Assembly (NCBI RefSeq): GCF_009914755.1
Contig: NC_060947.1
Length of the DNA stretch: 64,000 nucleotides
From: the human T2T-CHM13v2.0 reference genome, Homo sapiens
Strand: one strand, 5' to 3'
The notes under the pieces are model-generated. The model ran no database searches. It had not been told where the DNA came from and saw only the letters and a program-made list of their open reading frames with translations. The stretch's first letter is position 1; the number at the start of each line of letters is the position of its first letter. Shown in pieces: positions 55,880-64,000 of the stretch. The translations under genes were made by a program, and so were the position numbers.

Positions 55880-56105
55880 AAGTAGTTAAGGCCAAGAACT
55901 GTAGCACTAGATTGCTCAATCTAAAATCCTGGCTCTACTATTTGCCAGCTGTGTGATCACAGCCACTAAAACTTTCTGTGGCTCCGTTTTTCCATCTCTA
56001 AAATAGGAATGATTTTAAGAAATAGTATCTTCAGAAGGTTGTTGCAAGAATGTACACCTTAATTTATGTAAAGCACCTAGAACACTGCTTGGCACTTTAC
56101 TATTA
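55880..56105 (+). mobile_element. MIR
   Basis: gtagttaag...aatcctggctctactatttgccagctgtgtga...catctctaaaatagg...gtaaagcacctagaacactgcttggcac. Confidence 0.85.
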
Positions 56106-56139
56106 TTTACTGGTTTTTAAAGAAAGATGACCTCACTAA

Positions 56140-57146
56140 AAACTGATGAAGATCTTAACAGATACCTCCATAAAAAATACATATGACAAATAAACACATG
56201 AAAACATATTCCACATCATATGTCATCAGGGAAATGCAAAGTAAAACAACAGTGAGATACCACTACACACCTATTAGATTGGCCAAAATTCAGAACACTG
56301 ACAGCACCAAATGCTGGTGAGGATGGAGACCAACAGGAACTCTCATTCATTGCTGATGGGAATGCAAAATTGTGCAACCACTTAGGAAGACAGTTTGGCA
56401 GTTTCCTACCAAAGTAAACATACTCTTATGATATGATCTATCAATCACACTCCTTGATATTTACCCAAAGAGTTGGAAATGTGTATCCACACAAAAACCT
56501 GCCCATGGATGTTTATAAGTAGATTTGTCTATGATTACCAGAACTTAGATGCAACCAAGATGTTCTTCAGTAGATGGATGAATAAATAAACTGCCACACA
56601 TGCATACATTGGAATATTGTCCAAGGCTAAAAATAAATGAGCTATCAAGCCATGAGAAGACATGGAGGAAACCTAAATGTGTAATACTAAGTGAAAGAGG
56701 TCAACCTGAAAATGCTACATATTCTATGATTCCCACATATTTTATGATTCTAACATGTGGAAAAGGCAATACTACTGAGATGGTAAAAATATTAGTGGTT
56801 TCAAGGAGTTAGAGGGCAGGGAGGGATCAATAGGTAGAGCACAGATAATTTTTAGGGCAGTAAAACTACTCAATATAATACTATGATGGTGGAACCATGT
56901 CATAATAAATTTGCCCAAACCCATAGAATTCCCATCACCAAGAGTTGACCCTAATTTAAACTATGTACTCTGGTGATAATGTTGTTTTAATGTAAGTTCA
57001 TCAATTGTAACAAATGTACCACTGTGATGGGGGATATTGATAATGGTAGAGAGAGTGCATATATGGTACACAGAGTATATGGGAACTCTCTGTACCTTCC
57101 ACTTAATTTTGCCATGAACCTAAAACTCTAAAAAATATAGTCTATT
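56140..57146 (+). mobile_element. L1MC1-like 3' end
   Basis: 3'UTR ...gggaactctctgtaccttcc...tgaacctaaaactctaaaaaatatagtctatt. Confidence 0.88.
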
Positions 57147-59340
<2,194 letters not shown>

Positions 59341-59349
59341 AAGACAAAA

Positions 59350-59720
59350 ATCAAAGATGACATTTTAAGTTTTAAAATGTTGAGTTTATTAATTATTCAG
59401 TTATGAGGAGTTAAAAATGGTTTCCAAAGCTCAAATTATAAGAAGGGCTTGATATACAATTTGGGGTCAATTTTATAGGTATAACTGAAGCACTCTAGCA
59501 GTGAATGGAATAAACACAGGAAAAGAAAGAAAAAGTAAAGAGGGGCAAAGTGAGAAAAGGGTAAAGTTGAGAGAGTATTTAAATTTATGAAGTCAAAGAC
59601 CATGGAGAAGAAGACACCGACAAAGATCAGTAAAATTGTTAAGAAAACTAATAGGATGATGAAGACTCAGACAAACAAGAGAAAAATTTTACAAGAAAAG
59701 GTCAGACAACAGTATGAATG
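59350..59720 (-). mobile_element. L2 fragment
   Basis: ttttaaaatgttgagttt...gatatacaatttggggtc...gtataactgaagcac. Confidence 0.5.
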
Positions 59721-61561
59721 GCTGCAGAGAGCATGGGCTTTTTTTTTTTTTTTTTTTATATTTTGGAAGCCCTTGAGTTTTCAGAGCTTCTATCCACATG
59801 CAAGAATCTCTTCTGGAGACCTGATCAAGCCTACTTTAAACTGGATTTCCATTTCAATGAAGTTCACTACCAAGACGTTTTTATCTCCCCTGAGGGTTGC
59901 AGCAACTAGCAAAGTTCTCCTGGGTAGATGTGACCATGATCTATATCTGCTTACAAAAATGAGGAGGAAATACAGCCATCCTTGTACTATTTGGATTATA
60001 AAAATGCTGTGTTATGGTTTTACTGAAAGTGGCTCTCCAAGTTCAGAAAGATAATTCATTCCTCCTCTTGGTCCTAGGGAATAGACTGCCACTAGAACTT
60101 AGAGAGTTATCAGAATAGATGACAGGTGCAAACATAAATGTTAAGGGGAAAAGAATGCATTAAATCTCTTGTGAAAATAATCCAATGAAAAGTTCAATTA
60201 TTCAGGATGAATTTTTTGAATTTCTCCTTCTGTAGTTGGGCATTAGAGCAGGAATGGATAAAATCAGAAAAGATAGTCGGTATAGGAAATTCTTAGTATA
60301 AGCTAATTCATTACAATTTCAGGGGCCTTTAACACCTCACTAACAGCTTGCCTGAAGGTTAGCATTTACTGTTTTGAACTGCCAACATCTTGCTTTTATG
60401 GGAAACATTTATATGCTAAATTGTCTATTATGTTAAGCTGTAAGTTGTCATTCAGCAGCATCGGAAATAAGATTTGACTATAAGTAGTTCTATTTTATTA
60501 GTGCTATGCCAGACTTCCTAATAGCTCAAAATTCCTAAAGGCTGAAATTGATTGCATCTTTTTCAGAAGGTGCTTGTCTAAAAGAATTTGTTATAAATAC
60601 TACATTTGCATAGACTTGAAGTTTTCAGAACTGGGTCATCAGGAAAAGTGAAAAAAAATATTTTATTTGATCTTACCCTTAAGCAAATAATAAGTGACAC
60701 ATTTAAGCAATTATATCAAGAAAATAAAAGTACAATCAACTAATGACTATTCTTTTCTTAATGATTTGAGAGTCAATTAGCAGGAAACTCCAGGGAAATG
60801 AATGTTGAGTAATAATGTGGTATTAAAAGCATTCTCACATATACAGAGAGTTGCCAGGCATTCCTATGGTTCATTAGAGTTCACAACTCTATTGACCATT
60901 GTATAATATAAAAAACTTAACAAAGAAAATTCAATATGTCAAATCTCAATTTGATGTAGAAAGGTAGAAAGAATATTGCTTAAATGCATACATTGAAAAG
61001 CAAATTGAGAAATTCTAGTCAGAAATATAATTTCCACACATGGTAGATAGAATAGGTTAAAAATATGTTCCACTTAGGAAACACTATGCCACCCACCATT
61101 TTTCCACACTTCTTTCAGAATCTTTTTCTTCTATACTTAAAATGTATTGGCTTTAAAATACAAGGTGAACATAACATTTATAAATCAAGTCATAGCGTTT
61201 TAACTAATATTTTGCATTTATGCATCATTGTATAAAGAATTTCATTGCCTTGAAGATCTTTTTTTCCCTTCTATCAAAACCTTTGTATAGATTTTTCCCC
61301 CTTACTATTGAAAGCATTAGCTATGTAAGAAAAACTAAATAAAGTAAAACAAATATTTATTGAGCACATAATATGTATCATATACTAGGTCAGCTTCTAT
61401 TGGGCAGATTGCTCACCACTCTATCATTTGTTTTGTCCCTTTCCATTTTGTCATAGCTATTTAATATAGATTGGATTAACCCTATACCCAGTAACAACAG
61501 TGGGAACTTATTTTTTCAAGTAATTTATTTTGCCAATATTACTTGTTCAGTGTGGGTACAT

Positions 61562-62267
61562 AGAAAGTGTCTTTGCAAAGATTTTAACAGTGAAAAAATT
61601 ATGGCAGTGAAAGAAGGTCTGGACTATCCGACTCCATCTGGCTTCCAACCTCCAAACTTCCCTTGTTCATACCTGGGTGTAGGCCGACTTAAGTTTGGGA
61701 GGAATTTAGTTTATAGTTTAACTTTAAAACAAATATAACTGTCCCTACCCAAAACACATGCCCTCCTTACTTGGGGACAAAACTGGCTTTATAAAACCAA
61801 CAAATTAGCCAGAAGACTAGAAATTATGGCTCAGGAGTCATGCAGCCAGAGGCCACAAGATTCCTAACCTCACGATTTATCCTATAGATAACATTACTAT
61901 TATAAAATCTAAGATTTGTGTTTAAGGTAGTTTTCAGATCTTGCATTTTGTTGGATAAGTTGGTGTCACTCAGAATGGTAAACTGGCTCATTTGTTGTTT
62001 TGTTTTATGCTCCCCACCCTCAGGAACCAACTCAGTGCAAGAGGACAGCTTCAACACCCTATGATTTCATCCCCAACCCAACCAATCAGGATTCCCCATT
62101 TTCTAGCCCCCTGCCCACCAAACTTTGAATTTTCGGGCAGGATTATTTGAGTAATAATAAAACTCTGGTCTCTCAGCTAGCTCAACTATTTCTCTATTGC
62201 AATTTCCCTTTCTTGGTTATCAGCTTTATCTGAGCAGTGGGGAAGGTAAGCCCATTGGGTGATTACA
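61562..62267 (+). mobile_element. LTR8A/LTR8B (ERV1) solo LTR
   Basis: ctttgcaaagattttaacagtgaaaaaattatggcagtgaaag...cgactccatct...cccattgggtgattaca. Confidence 0.88.
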
Positions 62268-62270
62268 GTA

Positions 62271-62648
62271 TGTATTGGTTCATTTTCATACTGCTATAAA
62301 GAACTGCCTGAGACTAAGTAATTTATGAAGCAAAGAGGTTTAATTGACTCACAGTTCAGTATGGCTGGGGAAGCCTCAGGAAACTTACAATCATGGCAGG
62401 AGGTGAAGGAGAAGCAAGGCACCTTCTTCACAAGGCAGTAGGAAGGAGAAGTGCTGAGCGAAGGGGGAAGAGCCCCTTATAAAACCATCAGATCTCGTAA
62501 GAACTCACTCACTATCACAAGAACAGCATGGGGGAAACTGCCCCTATGATTCAATTACCTCCACCTGGTTTCACCCTTGACATGTGGGGATTATGGAGAT
62601 TATAATTCAAGATATGATTCAGGTGAGGCACAAAGCCTAACCATATCA
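62271..62648 (-). mobile_element. THE1D-like solo LTR
   Basis: tgtattggttcattttcatactgctataaagaactgcctgagac...caaagcctaaccatatca. Confidence 0.92.
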
Positions 62649-62699
62649 CAACGTGACTGAGAAAATCTAATCATAAGACTTTTTGTTCATTATTTGGAG

Positions 62700-62980
62700 G
62701 AGAGGTGCCCTCATCTTTCATAAGAAAGCATGTAGACCTGGGGGCTGCTGTCTGACACCTCACTGCAATGAGAGTAGTCAGCCTGAGAATAAAGCCCACA
62801 TGAGAGAAGGGAAGAGCCAAGAGAATTAAGAAAAACCTAGCTACAATCCTGGTAGTATCACACATCTCTGGATCCAACCAACCCTGCATCCCGTCCTAAC
62901 TCTAAACCCATATATAATAATTACTTTTAAAATAATTTTGAATTGCACTTTTATGACTTGTAAACCAAAGAAACTACCCT
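62700..62980 (+). mobile_element. old MLT1 (J/K-like) LTR fragment
   Basis: gcctgagaataaagccc...catctctggatccaacc...tgacttgtaaaccaaagaa. Confidence 0.6.
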
Positions 62981-63394
62981 TCTCTTTGCGTCTCAGTCTT
63001 TCATTTGCTATTAATCTAACAGCATTTTAATGCCATTTCACGTATCTTTAGATAATATTAATAGAAAGACAACAGTATTTTCAAGAAACACAAATAGAAT
63101 CACCTGGTAGCAGTTATAGAATATTAGAAAAATTTACTTGTTAACCTGAAAATTATAAAGTTAAATAATTAGAATATTATCTGATTACAAAACTTACTTA
63201 TGGAATCATGCACCCAGAAAGTTGCCAAGTGAGATTCCTGAAAGAACTGCTATATCAGACACATACAATGATAGAGACATTGGATAATAGAATTGCAGAG
63301 ATTCAAAGACATGACACCTGAGCATCCTTGCTCTTTTTCCTTTGTTCCAGTAATATCTGGTCTTATTTCTTCTCTCGCACTTACCCCATTTAGT

Positions 63395-63528
63395 TGTTTT
63401 TCCTCCACTTATCTATGAGCTCCTCAAGGTAAAGTCCGTCATATTTTGCTTTATGTTTTCAACAGTGACCACAATATATTGCACATGGTAGACCCGTGGA
63501 AGTGTTTTTGAATGGTTAAATGAATGAA
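63395..63528 (+). mobile_element. L2 3' end
   Basis: tatgagctcctcaagg...gcacatggtagac...gaatggttaaatgaatgaa. Confidence 0.7.
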
Positions 63529-64000
63529 GGTGCATTAACAGAGTAATGTGAACATTCAGAGAAGTGAGAACTCCCAAGTACTAGATTGAACCTAGAAAGC
63601 ATCCTATTTCTCATCATCACTCAGTACAGTGCTTATAAAAAAACTAGTTTGAGCAACCTATTTTGGAAAAGTTTTATAAACAAATATTTAATTGCTCACT
63701 AATAGGCCCAGGGGTTAAACATCTAAGAACTATATATTATTTTTAAAAGATAATTCTTGTTTCCTTTCAAAATACACTTATTTATATCATAGAAATAGAA
63801 ATACATAACAGACAATTTGAGAAACAAAAACAAGTCACTCATAATAAAATCACCCAAACATAGCCACTGATATTATGGAAATCATAGTGCACTTGTGCTT
63901 TTATAGGCTGTTTTTTTTTCTAATTTTATTTTGTATAATAAGCACTATTCTGTTTTGCAATATAGCCTACAAAACTGTGTTTTTAATAATTAAAAATAGT

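Noticed and set aside
59587-60054. 155-aa ORF as an intact gene
   Set aside because: The first third lies in an L2 remnant and crosses a T19 run (poly-Phe); only the downstream part is kept as a weak candidate.

Overview
This is AT-rich primate genomic DNA, most likely human because it carries an AluYg6-like element. It is dominated by fossil transposable elements: LINE-1 of many ages, Alu J/S/Y and FRAM, MIR, L2, MaLR/ERVL/ERV1 LTRs, and the DNA transposons MADE1, Tigger3, MER58 and MER5. I recognise no intact protein-coding, rRNA or tRNA gene, and essentially every long ORF in the track is an L1 or Alu remnant or chance. The main signal is structural. An inversion of about 19.6 kb (6774-26357) can be rebuilt from the sequence alone: reversing it rejoins a split L1PA7-type 5'UTR, a split older L1 with its target-site duplication (TSD), and a split MIR. 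Other observations: an inferred ~5 kb deletion between two convergent L1s; several twin-primed (5'-inverted) L1 insertions; a 47-bp L1 patch with fold-back hairpins that looks like templated break repair; a degenerate 21-nt (7-codon) repeat array in unique sequence; and a few weak exon candidates. Subfamily names come from my recall of consensus sequences and need RepeatMasker/Dfam confirmation.
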